NCBI GenBank assembly: GCA_965655745.1
Contig: CBFHHP010000001.1
Location: 37,381-101,380, forward strand
Direction of reading: 5' to 3'
Length of the DNA stretch: 64,000 nt
DNA from: an uncultured Schleiferiaceae bacterium
GTDB lineage: Bacteria > Bacteroidota > Bacteroidia > Flavobacteriales > Schleiferiaceae
The notes beneath the pieces are model-generated. The model did not search any database, had not been told where the DNA came from, and worked only from the letters and a program-made list of their open reading frames with translations. Both the position numbers and the translations under genes were made by a program. Shown here piece after piece: positions 53,410 through 63,807 of this stretch. Each line of letters opens with the position of its first letter. The first letter of the stretch is position 1.

Positions 53410-54129
53410 TTAATGAACCTTAATGACCTCGTCTTTCGGTAGACGACGCCTCGGTCCCCAGAACCCGTCATCCTGACCCTTGCCGCAGCCAATCACCATA
53501 TTGATTTCAGCGCGTCGCGGCAGCCCCAAGATTCGTTTAACACGAACTCCGTCAAAACCTTCCATAGGACAGGTGTGGAATTCCTCAGAAGCCATGCTTA
53601 GCATGAAGTTCTCTGCGGCGAGCGCAGCACTCTTGTGCACGGTAATACGCTGCTGTGCATGGCCTTCTGCGCGATAAATCGGTCGGAATAATCCAATAGT
53701 GAATGAAAGGAATCGGCGGTACAAACCCAAGATGCCCAATCCATCGTTCATGTAAGAGAAGGGCATGAGTTTGGTGTAATAGGTCAACCTCAATTTGATT
53801 GATCGGGCATCGCGCCCTACGCGTTCGGCATCCTTAAGTATGAGGTGTTTGTGCCATTGAACGCGGTGACGCCATTTGTCTCTACGAGTGACAATCACCA
53901 CGAGCTCCTGTGCCGTACGAGCTGCACTTTGGTTCAAGCACGCATGGATCAATTTCTTTTTCTTCGTTTCATCACGCACCCAATGAAACTCCCACAGTTG
54001 CATATTGCTGCTGTTTGGAGCTAATGAGGCGTGTTCTAAGGCCTTTTTTACGATTTCCGATGGAACGGGCTCGTCGGCCTTGAATTTTCTGTTAGAACGG
54101 CGGAATTGGATGATTTCGTCAAAGGTCAT
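53410..54129 (-). CDS. nitroreductase family protein
   Basis: The N-terminus is RRSNRKF. ...APNSSNMQLW.. follows. Length is 239 aa. Confidence 0.65.
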   Translation of the reverse strand: MTFDEIIQFRRSNRKFKADEPVPSEIVKKALEHASLAPNSSNMQLWEFHWVRDETKKKKLIHACLNQSAARTAQELVVIVTRRDKWRHRVQWHKHLILKDAERVGRDARSIKLRLTYYTKLMPFSYMNDGLGILGLYRRFLSFTIGLFRPIYRAEGHAQQRITVHKSAALAAENFMLSMASEEFHTCPMEGFDGVRVKRILGLPRRAEINMVIGCGKGQDDGFWGPRRRLPKDEVIKVH

Positions 54130-54139
54130 GTCGTGGGTA

Positions 54140-55420
54140 TTAAGGCATTACTCGGCCCCAGTTGGCCAAATGGTGGTGCCCATCATGCTGCGAAGGAAGG
54201 ATGTTTTTGTATTTCACTTCACCATCTTTCAACACCCAAAGCACACTAGAGTTTTGCTCCTCGATGTAGTACCCTCCACCAGGTAGTTCTTCGACTAAGC
54301 TTTCTGTGAAGGAGAATATTTCATTTTCAGCGAAGAGTTCAGGATAGATGCGTTCGAACGTTGCACTACCGAAATGGTAACGGACTACTCCAGAAAATTG
54401 TGGGGCTACTTCGATTGGGTTTTCAGCAAGTCGGTGCTGGCTCGGGCGGTCTCCTTTTAGGGTTTGGCCACCATTATTGAAGAAAATGATGGTAGAATCG
54501 GATTCAATGTCTACGTCGTGTTGTGACATAAATGGCCCTTCAATAAGATCGATCACTTTACCTGTAGATGGGCGGAACTGCATCACCCAAGAACTGGTGC
54601 GGGAGGAGAGGAAGACATCGCCTTTCTGCATGTACGGTCCATCCTTTAAAACCGGTTGAACATCATTGATATGCAACGGATCTCCAGGTGAATCAGATTT
54701 GATCAACAAATGTGTGAGATCGTTTTCGATGAGAATTTCCGTAACACTTTTGTGATAAAGAATGCGTCCAGTTTCTGCATCGAATTGAGTAATCGTGTTG
54801 TCTATGAACGGAAATTCTCGTCCGTCAATGCTAAAGCTGGCGCCATAGTAGATGTGTTCGCCTTTGTCTTTGCTGTAGGTATTGGCCCAAAACGTATTGT
54901 CTAAACCCATGTTTATGGCATGGTGGTGCGCAATGGTATCTTGCTTCCAGAGGCGTTCACTGTTTTTATCAATCTTAATCAGACCTGTGACACCATTCAG
55001 CGAATAAATGAGACTGCTGTCCGGAAGCATCAAGGAATGCATGATGCGGTTGTGAGGATTGGCTAGGCGATCTACATTCCACGTTTTAAGCTCTTCACCA
55101 GTCCTAAGGTTCTTAATAGCGATCGTGCGTTTCCAATTGGCATTAGCATAACTGATCAAGACCTTGATATCTTCTTCAAGCTCATTGATAGGCTCGAAAT
55201 TTTCAGGAGAAGGAACGTACACCAGCGGTAAGCGCTCGACAGCTGCTTTTGCAACCATCAAACGGTCCGGAAGTGTAGTGAAAAAGGTAATGGAACGACT
55301 CACTCGATGCGGCACCCACTGCTTGCCCTTGGTAGTTTCTCGAACCACCCATCCAAAGGCACACAGAACGGTCAATACAAGTACTGTATTCGCAATAAAA
55401 ATGGGGACCTTACGTAGCAT
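54140..55420 (-). CDS. arylsulfotransferase (ASST)-like beta-propeller family protein, N-terminal membrane anchor
   Basis: It has an N-terminal TM helix. Motifs such as HHAINM and PLHINDVQP resemble the Arylsulfotran_2 family. This assignment is tentative. Confidence 0.45.
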   Translation of the reverse strand: MLRKVPIFIANTVLVLTVLCAFGWVVRETTKGKQWVPHRVSRSITFFTTLPDRLMVAKAAVERLPLVYVPSPENFEPINELEEDIKVLISYANANWKRTIAIKNLRTGEELKTWNVDRLANPHNRIMHSLMLPDSSLIYSLNGVTGLIKIDKNSERLWKQDTIAHHHAINMGLDNTFWANTYSKDKGEHIYYGASFSIDGREFPFIDNTITQFDAETGRILYHKSVTEILIENDLTHLLIKSDSPGDPLHINDVQPVLKDGPYMQKGDVFLSSRTSSWVMQFRPSTGKVIDLIEGPFMSQHDVDIESDSTIIFFNNGGQTLKGDRPSQHRLAENPIEVAPQFSGVVRYHFGSATFERIYPELFAENEIFSFTESLVEELPGGGYYIEEQNSSVLWVLKDGEVKYKNILPSQHDGHHHLANWGRVMP

Positions 55421-55473
55421 AGGTTAAAATATGTTGTCCTTCAATGAAAGGCCCAAAGGTAGTGGAATCCCAG

Positions 55474-57880
55474 TTATATCTCGAGGATTAGACCAATGGT
55501 CGGTAACAATCTACCTGTATCGCTCGCAATGGTTTTGACCAAGTACGAACCAGGAGTAGAGGGATCCATCAATGGTGCTCGTGTTTCTTCGTCTCTTTCC
55601 ACTGTCAGATAGGGCATTAACGGTATGTCAGACGATGTGAAATTCTGTAAATCCAAGAACCAAGTCAGGCTGTAGTTTTTCTTGTTGTAGGTCTTGTCTA
55701 AACGTACGTCAATGACACTATAGCTCGCCAATCGTTCACCCATGACATTGTTTACATCAAACACTCCGCGTTGTAGCACGTCCCAGTTGGTCGCTGTAGC
55801 GCTGACTTCAGGATTAAACGGCGTGTAAGGCGTGCCTGTTGCCCAACGGTATTTGGTTCCAATCTGCCAGCCTTTGCCCCAAACTTTACCCAATACGAGG
55901 TTGATGTTATGTCGGTTGTCCCAGACTGTTGGTGTCCAATCTTGGTTGCTGTTCAAACGTGTATCGCTAAACCCAAAGTTGTAGCTCATTGTCCACCAGT
56001 AGGTTCCTTTAAGCTTTTGCTGTAAAAACAACTCAAGTCCGTAAGCGCGACCTTCAGCCACCGAAGAACTCACCTGATCTCCTACAGCAACATAGGCACC
56101 AATTGCCTGAGAGAAAGACATCTGATCGTCCCACAAATACGGCATGTTGCTGTAGTATTTGTAATAACCTTCCAGTGAGAAGCGGTAGGTCTCACCGTTC
56201 TGAAATTCGATACCGGTTGCTGCCTGGTTTACAATACCGGCATAGCTGTACCTCGACCAATTGTTGGCGGCATTTGCCAAAACAGTGATGGCTGGCGGCA
56301 GTTGCGAATAGCGTCCCAGATTCCCTTGAATGGCCCAATCCGAATTAATATGGTATTGCGCGCTCATACGAGGGGAGAGTTGCGCCAAAGGATTAATGGT
56401 GGTCAAGTTCAGGTTGTGCATGTCCAAACGCAGCCCTGCACTAGTACTCAATCTATTGTCCAGGTAGTTTTTAGTCAGATGTGTAAATGCACCAAGGCTC
56501 TGGAAACTTACCTGCTGCTCGTAATCCGCGGTATCAATGCGTGCTACACCCAAAGCATTGTTGTAGCGGACGTTCCACATGTCAAGATTGTTGTCTCTGT
56601 GCACAAAATTCAATCCGTATTTCCACTGCCAGCTATCACTCACAACATGATGTGAAAGATTGAAACGCGTATTGGTTTCACCGCTCTTGTAGTCCAGTTG
56701 ACGGTCCGATTCAGTCCCCGTATTCCCCACAAACTTTTCTGCTTGATTGCCTACACGGTCTCTACTGAGCACATATTCCCACCGTCCGTTGTCTTTAAAT
56801 ACTCGGTAACGCGCACCAAGCACTTCTGTTCGCTGTTCCCCCTCAGGAATGTATCCAACGTTGTAGAGTAGGGCGTCACTGCCTTCCTCTTCCTTCGGTA
56901 TACAGGCGGTACTGGTCCCAACCACCAACACCAATTATGGTGAGGTCCTTGTTTTCACTGATACGATGACGGATGCGAAGCTGCGCGTCCTGATAGGCCG
57001 GCAAAACTGGAATATTGAACAGACGGAAATAATGTTGAGAGAAGCTGTTTCGACCGCTTAGGGTCACTGCGGTATTCTCTCCGACAGGGCCTTCAAAAGT
57101 GATCCCATAATCGGTTCCCCCTTGTGTTGCACGGATGCCCCAACGATCCGTTCGAGCATTGCGTCCTTCGAGCTTTAGAACTCCAGATAGCGCATCATCA
57201 ACCTCTGCTGGAAACCCACCCGTAATGAGGTCCATACCTTGAATATGATCTAGGTTGATTAAGCTTACTGCACCACCAGAGGCACCTTGAATGCTAAAGT
57301 GATTTACTGTCGGTAGTGAAATACCGTCCAACAAGTACCTGTTCTCGTTAGGAGCGCCACCGCGCATTGCAATAGCATAGCCAAACGAGGGTTTTGGAAG
57401 AACTCCCGGGAAACTTTGAATGACGCGGCTGAGGTCAAGCACTGCTCCTGGCATGCGCATCATCTCAGAACGGTTGATGTTCTTTATACTCAGCGGGGTC
57501 TCAGGAGTTCTGTGAAAAGCATCGGCGCGCACTGCAACTTCGTCCAACGATGTCACACGCTCTACAAGCAATTCAACATAGGTAGGTTTGGTGGAACGAA
57601 CCAAAACTTCGTGAAGGGTCTGAATTTGTCCTTGCGGGCTTAGTGCACGCACATTGTACAAGCCTGTAGGCAGCTCAGTAAATTCGAAGTAGCCGTTTTC
57701 ATCGACGGTGGTAACTCGCTTGAATTGCCCTTGGATAACATCAACCTCCCAATCTGTTAAAGGACTAAGGTTCAGTGCATCAAGCGCCTCTCCTTGAACT
57801 GTTCCGACGCCTTGTGCGTAAGAAGAAATGGTTAGAGAAAAAAGTAAGGTGGCGGTTAGGAAAGCACGCTGTACTCTCAT
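55474..57880 (-). pseudogene. TonB-dependent receptor split by a +1 frameshift (ORFs 56876..57880 and 55474..56934)
   Basis: The upstream ORF carries signal peptide, CarboxypepD_reg-like domain and plug (GAVLDLSRVIQSFPGV, RGGAPNENRYLLDGI). The downstream ORF is the barrel. The frames overlap in a purine-rich tract, GAAGGAAGAGGAAGG (about 56885-56905). Removing one base there restores ...WDQYRLYTEEEEGSDALLYNVGYIPEGEQ. Confidence 0.7.
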
Positions 57881-57886
57881 TGCAAA

Positions 57887-57929
57887 GTCTTATTTGAGAC
57901 AAAAGTACAACCCACCGTCTTATTTAGAC
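57887..57929. repeat. two copies of GTCTTATTT(G)AGAC, each a small inverted repeat, upstream of the frameshifted TBDR gene
   Basis: The copies are gtcttatttgagac (57887-57900) and gtcttatttagac (57917-57929), starting 30 bp apart. Confidence 0.55.
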
Positions 57930-57957
57930 TCATTTTAATTGGTAATTGCGTGCGGTA

Positions 57958-58269
57958 TTATTGCCATTGAGCAACTTTCTGCCACGGACCAGCATTGATA
58001 CACGAAACGCCTTCCTTCTGCAGTTGGGCTTGAACACCAGCTGCACGGGCTCCGCTACGGCAACATAGCACTATGGTAGACTCTTGTTTTTTAAGCTTGG
58101 CCAGTTGGCTGCCGATTTTTTGAACCGGAATATTCACTGCGCCTTTCGCGTGGCCAACTTTGAATTCTGCAGGAGTTCTAACATCAACGATCAGTGCTCC
58201 TGAAGCCAATAATTCTTGGATTTGTGCGGATTTTTTACCGCTGCCGAAAAGCATGCTTAATAGTCCCAT
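57958..58269 (-). CDS. rhodanese-like domain protein
   Basis: 103 aa. The active-site loop is CCRSGARA. ...IVDVRTPAEF..GH..GA.NIP. Confidence 0.75.
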   Translation of the reverse strand: MGLLSMLFGSGKKSAQIQELLASGALIVDVRTPAEFKVGHAKGAVNIPVQKIGSQLAKLKKQESTIVLCCRSGARAAGVQAQLQKEGVSCINAGPWQKVAQWQ

Positions 58270-58333
58270 GTATTGTAAATTTTATCCAAAGGTACAGGGT
58301 GGCATTTGAGATGGGTGTGACCCAACACACAGT

Positions 58334-58789
58334 TTAAAGTAGATGATCCGCTGCGACGGATGCCACCTGGATGTTTTGTTTGGTATTCATTTGGTACCCT
58401 AATCCTAGTATCCAGCCCTTGACCATTGGGATTAATTTGTGTGAACGGTGTTCCTCATTTTCGTTGTAGTCTACATCGATAGTAATGGGCTGGTACACGC
58501 CGTTTTCTTTCAAGTATTCCGCGACCTTGATGCTGTCCTCGGCTTCTTTAAATAGCCTGGTGATCATGTCGCTAATGATGGGTTCGCGCTTCTTGGTGAG
58601 GATGTAATGCACGCCTTTCCCAGGATGTCTAAACGCAACCACAGTGGCGTAAACACTTGAGCCACCTATATTCTGCGAGTCCGTGCCTACACTTAAACTC
58701 ACCTCCTTGTGCTTGCGTAAGTAATCTTTAGTGTACGATGCTAAATCGTCCACAGGGGTTCCATCAAGTTTCCGATATTGCACGTCCAT
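58334..58789 (-). CDS. YkuK/DUF458 RNase H-like family protein
   Basis: 151 aa. ...VSLSVGTDSQNIGGSSVYATVVAFRHPGKGVHYI... is typical of DUF458. Confidence 0.55.
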   Translation of the reverse strand: MDVQYRKLDGTPVDDLASYTKDYLRKHKEVSLSVGTDSQNIGGSSVYATVVAFRHPGKGVHYILTKKREPIISDMITRLFKEAEDSIKVAEYLKENGVYQPITIDVDYNENEEHRSHKLIPMVKGWILGLGYQMNTKQNIQVASVAADHLL

Positions 58790-58806
58790 GGACCTAAAGA
58801 TTAAAA

Positions 58807-59268
58807 ATGTTTAGCAGAGCCGAAAAAAAACAACTCAATACTTTGTTCTTTCAACGCTTTACACGCCACATGAGTTCACACAAAAGTGTGGGTGGTGGTG
58901 GAAAACGATGGGAGGCCTATCGCACCGGGGTAAAAGGGGTATATTTTCGCATGCTCACGCTTCCCAACGTTGGGCTCGCTATCGACATTCAGCATAAGGA
59001 TGAAGAAATACGTCGCCTTATTTTCGACCAATTTGTAGAACTCGCTAGGTTGCTTGCTGCGGAGTGGGGCGAGGAGGCAACGTTTGAGAAAAACACAACC
59101 TATGGCAGTGGTGAAGCCATCTCAAGAATTTCCGTTTATCTTGAAAATGTCTCGTTTTTTGATCAAAACCATTGGCCCGAGATCATGAACTGGTACCAGG
59201 AGAAACTCCTTGGTTTAGACCGCTTTTGGGAAACGGTAGGGGATATTGTAAAAGAACTCGCCCGTTAA
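58807..59268 (+). CDS. hypothetical protein (possibly DUF4268-like)
   Basis: 153 aa with no signal peptide. The family assignment is tentative. Confidence 0.4.
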   Translation: MFSRAEKKQLNTLFFQRFTRHMSSHKSVGGGGKRWEAYRTGVKGVYFRMLTLPNVGLAIDIQHKDEEIRRLIFDQFVELARLLAAEWGEEATFEKNTTYGSGEAISRISVYLENVSFFDQNHWPEIMNWYQEKLLGLDRFWETVGDIVKELAR

Positions 59269-60047
59269 TCAATCAAAGACTTCAGCACTCTTAGTTTATG
59301 AGTGTGCTTACCGAGCTCTTCATTGTAAATGCCGCTGTGGTCAAGCGTATCTATTCTCACTCGACCTGAGGCGTGAATAATCTTGTAATCTTCCATCACG
59401 ATCCCTACATGAACAATGGCACCTTCGGCATTGTCAAAGAAAGCTAAATCTCCCGGTTGGCATTCCTCCAAAAAACTCAAGGTGGTTCCTTTTTTGGCCT
59501 GTTGGGAAGCATCCCGCGGTAGATATATGCCGTTCATCCGGTACACCATCTGAGTAAACCCACTACAATCAATGCCAAAAGTGGTTCTACCGCCCCAGAG
59601 GTAGGGGGTTCCGGTGTAGGAAAGAGCAGTTTCGATCAGAGTGTTGCGGTCTTTTGCGCTGTTTTGTAAGGGTCCGTTAAAGTGAAATTCGTGACTTCCA
59701 ATTTTAACTTCATTGCCCTTCATTCCTGGGAAACAGGCGCCTTTGGTTAACGAGAACACACGACCGTTTTTATCTTTGATCTCACCTGCTGTGGCACTGT
59801 TAAAATACTTCGGTGCGGTGCGAATGCGCTCGTATTCCTCCTCTGAAATAACGGTACACATCTGAGAGTCCATCCAGCCTTCATAACCGTCGTGCTGAAG
59901 ACGGATTTTTATCCACTTTGGCTGTCGTTCGAGTATTTCAAATGCTTCGCCAAAGAGCACTACATTGACCATTTCACTTCGGTCTGTAGGTTCAGCTCTC
60001 ATTGGGGTAGAAGAGAGGAAAGCAAATGCATATTTGGCTGTGCTCAT
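59265..60047 (-). CDS. C40 family peptidase (NlpC/P60) with N-terminal SH3-like domains
   Basis: YLWGGRTTFGIDCSGFTQMVY carries the catalytic Cys and ...HVGIVMED... the His. Length is 260 aa. Confidence 0.8.
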   Translation of the reverse strand: MSTAKYAFAFLSSTPMRAEPTDRSEMVNVVLFGEAFEILERQPKWIKIRLQHDGYEGWMDSQMCTVISEEEYERIRTAPKYFNSATAGEIKDKNGRVFSLTKGACFPGMKGNEVKIGSHEFHFNGPLQNSAKDRNTLIETALSYTGTPYLWGGRTTFGIDCSGFTQMVYRMNGIYLPRDASQQAKKGTTLSFLEECQPGDLAFFDNAEGAIVHVGIVMEDYKIIHASGRVRIDTLDHSGIYNEELGKHTHKLRVLKSLID

Positions 60048-60104
60048 AACTCAAAAATAGGGCAGGGAGTAGAGGTGGACATCATCAGGCACATTATTTA
60101 TACA

Positions 60105-60140
60105 CAAAAAAGCCCCGATAACTCAAGGCTAACGGGGCTT
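60105..60140 (-). terminator. rho-independent terminator after the thiolase gene
   Basis: On the minus strand: AGCCCCG, a 15-nt loop, CGGGGCT, then TTTTTG. Confidence 0.5.
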
Positions 60141-60158
60141 TCGTGGTTTATTCGTTGC

Positions 60159-61337
60159 TTACAGTCGCTCAATAACTATTGCAGATGCACCTCCACCGCC
60201 ATTGCATATGGCTGCAGCACCAATCTTTCCTTGGTTTTGTTCTAGGACGGAAAGTAATGTGTTTACAATACGTGCACCTGAGGCGCCTAATGGATGGCCC
60301 AAACTCACCGCACCGCCGTTAACGTTCACTTTTGACGCATCGAGCCCGAGGATTTTCATGTTGGCCAAGCCAACTACAGAAAACGCTTCGTTAAATTCAA
60401 AGTAATCGACATCATTTTGATCTATACCGGCCTTCGCTAGTGCCTTAGGTAGGGCTTTAGCTGGAGCTGTGGTAAACCATTCGGGCTCATGTGCTGCATC
60501 CGCATACCCTGTAATCTTGGCAATCGGATTCAAACCCATCTCCGCTGCTTTATCTGCACTCATAATGACCATGGCACAAGCCCCATCGTTGATGTTGGAT
60601 GCATTTGCCGCTGTAATGGTACCGTCCTTTTTAAATACTGGACGTAGGGCAGGCACCTTGTCGTGGCGCACTTTGGAAAAGTCTTCGTCAGTATCCACGA
60701 TTACATCGTCTCCACGTCGCTGAGGAACTGCTACAGGAACAACTTCCTGACCGAATTTTCCAGCTTCCCAGGCGGCTGCACTGCGGCGGTAGCTTTCCAA
60801 TGCGAAAGCATCTTGGTCTTCACGACTGAAATTGTGCTCTGATGCACATAATTCGGCACAGAGTCCCATGTGTTGGTCGTTGTAAACATCGGTTAACCCG
60901 TCGTTGACTAAACCATCAACCAATGGTGTATTGCCTAATTTTACGCCATTACGGCTGCTCATCAGGTAGTGAGGAACGGCACTCATATTCTCCATACCTC
61001 CAGCGATGATGATATCAGCATCGCCTGACTTAATACTTTGTGCGGCCATCATGATGGCTTTCATTCCTGAGGAGCATACTTTGTTGATGGTGGTACAGGG
61101 AACGTGATCTCCTATACCGGCGTAAATGGCGGCTTGACGGGCTGGTGCTTGACCAATACCTGCTTGGAGCACGTTCCCCATGAGTACTTCTTCGACATCT
61201 TTAGGTTGGATTCCTGCTCTTTCAATAGCTGCAGAAATAGCCGTTGCACCTAGTTTGGGTGCGCTTATCCCGCTCAATGCACCTCCGAAACTCCCGATCG
61301 GCGTTCGAACTGCACTAACGATGACAACTTCTTTCAT
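60159..61337 (-). CDS. acetyl-CoA C-acetyltransferase (thiolase II)
   Basis: 392 aa. ...INKVCSSGMKAI carries the active Cys. NVNGGAVSLGHPLGASGARI and ICNGGGGASA follow. Confidence 0.9.
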   Translation of the reverse strand: MKEVVIVSAVRTPIGSFGGALSGISAPKLGATAISAAIERAGIQPKDVEEVLMGNVLQAGIGQAPARQAAIYAGIGDHVPCTTINKVCSSGMKAIMMAAQSIKSGDADIIIAGGMENMSAVPHYLMSSRNGVKLGNTPLVDGLVNDGLTDVYNDQHMGLCAELCASEHNFSREDQDAFALESYRRSAAAWEAGKFGQEVVPVAVPQRRGDDVIVDTDEDFSKVRHDKVPALRPVFKKDGTITAANASNINDGACAMVIMSADKAAEMGLNPIAKITGYADAAHEPEWFTTAPAKALPKALAKAGIDQNDVDYFEFNEAFSVVGLANMKILGLDASKVNVNGGAVSLGHPLGASGARIVNTLLSVLEQNQGKIGAAAICNGGGGASAIVIERL

Positions 61338-61419
61338 AAGTTCTGTAATGTATTTGGTTCTGTGCTTAAAAACACACCTCTAAACTACTAAATTGGACCC
61401 TAGAAACGGCAAGAATTAC

Positions 61420-63345
61420 ATGAAAGCACCGAATTGGTTTAGAATAAGTGAGCAGTGGTTGTATTATTCCCTCATTGCCATGGTCTCTAGTGCATTGATT
61501 TACATCAGTATACCGAGCGGTGCCCAATTCAAGTACGATTACCGATTGGGTCAAATTTGGCTCGAGGAGGACCTGGTGGCTCCACAGGATTTTGTGCTCC
61601 AAAAGAGCGACGAAGAATTGCAATCTGATCGCAAATTCCTGATTGAAAATAAGGACTTTTACTACGACTATCATTACCGAGTGGACGAGTGGCTTGCCAA
61701 TGCCAACATAGATTCCGCTCTGCATAGTGAGCTCGAGCTGTGGCAGAAAAGGGGAGTGGCGCCCAACAAGCCTGCTTTGAACCATCGGTTGTACCTCGTC
61801 GACGGCACCCGTATTGATCTCTCGGGCGCATGGACACCGTCTTCTTTGGTTGCGAATTATGGATTGCCCGAGGCGTTGGTTTTACAGCCAACGTACAGCC
61901 TCAATGAATCTAAAACCGACAGTGCACTTCAGGCGAAACTCTCGCTCTTGCCAACCAATAAAGGGCTGGTTACTCAGGGTACGGTCATCATTAGCCAAGG
62001 GGCCACGGTGAACCAGCAGAAGTATGAGACCATGAAGGCACTCGAGCGAAGCTATGACAGAACTCAGGGCGATTCTAGCATTCATTCGAAGTTGGGTTCG
62101 CTGCTGTACCTATTGCTTGTCTTCATTGGTTTAGCATGCTTTTTACGGTTGCATTATAACGCCATTCTGGCACACAATTCATCCTTGAATTTGTACATGT
62201 TCACTTTTACCTCGGGGATGGTGCTTGCCTTGCTTTTCGAATCCATAAATTCGGTTAGTGCCTTGGCCGTCCCACTCCTTATAGTCCCTGTAATTATTCG
62301 AAGTTTTTTCTCGGACCGATTGGCACTTTTTACACAAACCATAATGTTGGTAGCACTTTTGCCTTTTGTGAGTTCTTCGGTCCAATTTGTTACTGTTCAG
62401 TTCTCCGCCGGTTTAATTACGCTCTTTCTCATTCGCGGTATTTACAAACGCAGTCAATTGGTCCAAAGTACCTTTCAGATTATGGTAGTACTCTTGCTGG
62501 TGCATTTGAGTATTCATTTGATCAGAGAATCCGATTGGACGACGCAAAGTTTACTTCCAGTGACTTATTCCCTTGGTGGAACGCTTATTCTACTGTTTAT
62601 TTTCCCGTTGATTTACTTCTTTGAACGCACCTTTGGTGTGGTCAGTGATTTAACACTGCTCGAACTTAGCGATACCAACAGCCCGCTACTTAGATTGCTC
62701 TCCAAAGAGGCTCCGGGTACTTTTCAGCACACCATGCAAGTGGCTAATCTGGCCGAATTCGCTACGGAGATCGTTGGTGGAAACACATTGTTAGTGCGCA
62801 CGGGAGCATTGTACCATGATATTGGGAAGATAGCCAACCCACAATATTTTACCGAAAACCAAAGCTCCAACACTTCGCCGCATGAAGAATTGAGTTATTT
62901 GGAAAGTGCTGAAATCATCATTGAGCATATCAATGATGGGATAGAATTGGCCAAGAAATACAAATTACCGGACATCGTCATCGATTTTATTCGGACCCAT
63001 CACGGTACATCAAGGGTTGAATATTTCTACCGCAAATACAGGGAAGATCATCCCGATACGGACCAATTCGATCAATTTCATTACCCAGGTCCTAAGCCCT
63101 TCTCCAAAGAGACTGCCATTGTTATGATGTCTGATGCTGTAGAGGCCTCCACGCGTAGTATTCCGGATAAAACTGAAAAGAACCTTTCAGAGATGATTGA
63201 CAAGGTCATTGGGCATCAGTTATCGACGGGTCAGTATGACAACGCTGAAATCACCATGAAGGAAATCAATACCATCCGCGAGGCCTTTAAACGCTTTATT
63301 CGAGGCGTTTACCACGTGAGAATTTCATACCCCGAAGCGGAATAG
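61420..63345 (+). CDS. 7TM-HD (HDIG) membrane phosphohydrolase, PgpH-like
   Basis: It has an N-terminal extracytoplasmic region and a 7-TM block. The HD domain reads HTMQVANLAE...LYHDIGK...HHG.. The start is ATG 61420 because the ORF-track start is a TTG. Confidence 0.75.
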   Translation: MKAPNWFRISEQWLYYSLIAMVSSALIYISIPSGAQFKYDYRLGQIWLEEDLVAPQDFVLQKSDEELQSDRKFLIENKDFYYDYHYRVDEWLANANIDSALHSELELWQKRGVAPNKPALNHRLYLVDGTRIDLSGAWTPSSLVANYGLPEALVLQPTYSLNESKTDSALQAKLSLLPTNKGLVTQGTVIISQGATVNQQKYETMKALERSYDRTQGDSSIHSKLGSLLYLLLVFIGLACFLRLHYNAILAHNSSLNLYMFTFTSGMVLALLFESINSVSALAVPLLIVPVIIRSFFSDRLALFTQTIMLVALLPFVSSSVQFVTVQFSAGLITLFLIRGIYKRSQLVQSTFQIMVVLLLVHLSIHLIRESDWTTQSLLPVTYSLGGTLILLFIFPLIYFFERTFGVVSDLTLLELSDTNSPLLRLLSKEAPGTFQHTMQVANLAEFATEIVGGNTLLVRTGALYHDIGKIANPQYFTENQSSNTSPHEELSYLESAEIIIEHINDGIELAKKYKLPDIVIDFIRTHHGTSRVEYFYRKYREDHPDTDQFDQFHYPGPKPFSKETAIVMMSDAVEASTRSIPDKTEKNLSEMIDKVIGHQLSTGQYDNAEITMKEINTIREAFKRFIRGVYHVRISYPEAE

Positions 63346-63418
63346 TCAATTACTTAGAATTATTTCATCAAATTGTCTTGCGCAAAAAGAATTCTAGTAT
63401 AAATTTGCGCACCCTAAT

Positions 63419-63502
63419 GGAAAGGTGGCAGAGTGGTAATGCAACAGCCTGCTAAGCTGTGATCGCGTAAGTGATCCCAGGGTTCGAGTCCCTGTCTTTC
63501 CG
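63419..63502 (+). tRNA. tRNA-Ser (anticodon GCU)
   Basis: GGAAAGGTGGCAGAGTGGTAATGCAACAGCCTGCTAAGCTGTGATCGCGTAAGTGATCCCAGGGTTCGAGTCCCTGTCTTTCCG. The anticodon arm is ACAGC-CTGCTAA-GCTGT. It has a long variable arm. Confidence 0.85.
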
Positions 63503-63535
63503 CAAAGAACAAATGTTCATTGAAATTGCATCGTT

Positions 63536-63608
<73 letters not shown>

Positions 63609-63611
63609 CAA

Positions 63612-63647
63612 AGCCAAAACAGGATCCTTCAGGATCCTGTTTTGGCT
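63612..63647. repeat. perfect 16-bp stem hairpin between tRNA-Pro and tRNA-Arg
   Basis: AGCCAAAACAGGATCC-ttca-GGATCCTGTTTTGGCT. No T-run follows it. Confidence 0.7.
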
Positions 63648-63688
63648 AAAGCAATTTTTAACTGATTACCAACCACGGTAAAAGGGTT

Positions 63689-63762
63689 GGACTCGTAGCT
63701 CAGCTGGATAGAGCATCTGCCTTCTAAGCAGACGGTCACAGGTTCGAATCCTGTCGGGTTCA
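63689..63762 (+). tRNA. tRNA-Arg (anticodon UCU)
   Basis: GGACTCGTAGCTCAGCTGGATAGAGCATCTGCCTTCTAAGCAGACGGTCACAGGTTCGAATCCTGTCGGGTTCA. The anticodon arm is TCTGC-CTTCTAA-GCAGA. The acceptor stem has two G:U pairs. Confidence 0.85.
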
Positions 63763-63772
63763 CGAGAGAAGT

Positions 63773-63807
63773 AAAACCCAGAACGCATCGCGTTCTGGGT
63801 TTTTTTA
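63773..63807 (+). terminator. rho-independent terminator after the tRNA cluster
   Basis: CCCAGAACGC-atc-GCGTTCTGGG followed by TTTTTTT. Confidence 0.75.

Noticed and set aside
56876-56934. Programmed ribosomal frameshift joining the two TBDR ORFs.
   Set aside because: A +1 shift would be needed. I see no recognised +1 slippery or stall context, and I know of no precedent for TBDR genes. An indel in the purine tract is the simpler explanation.
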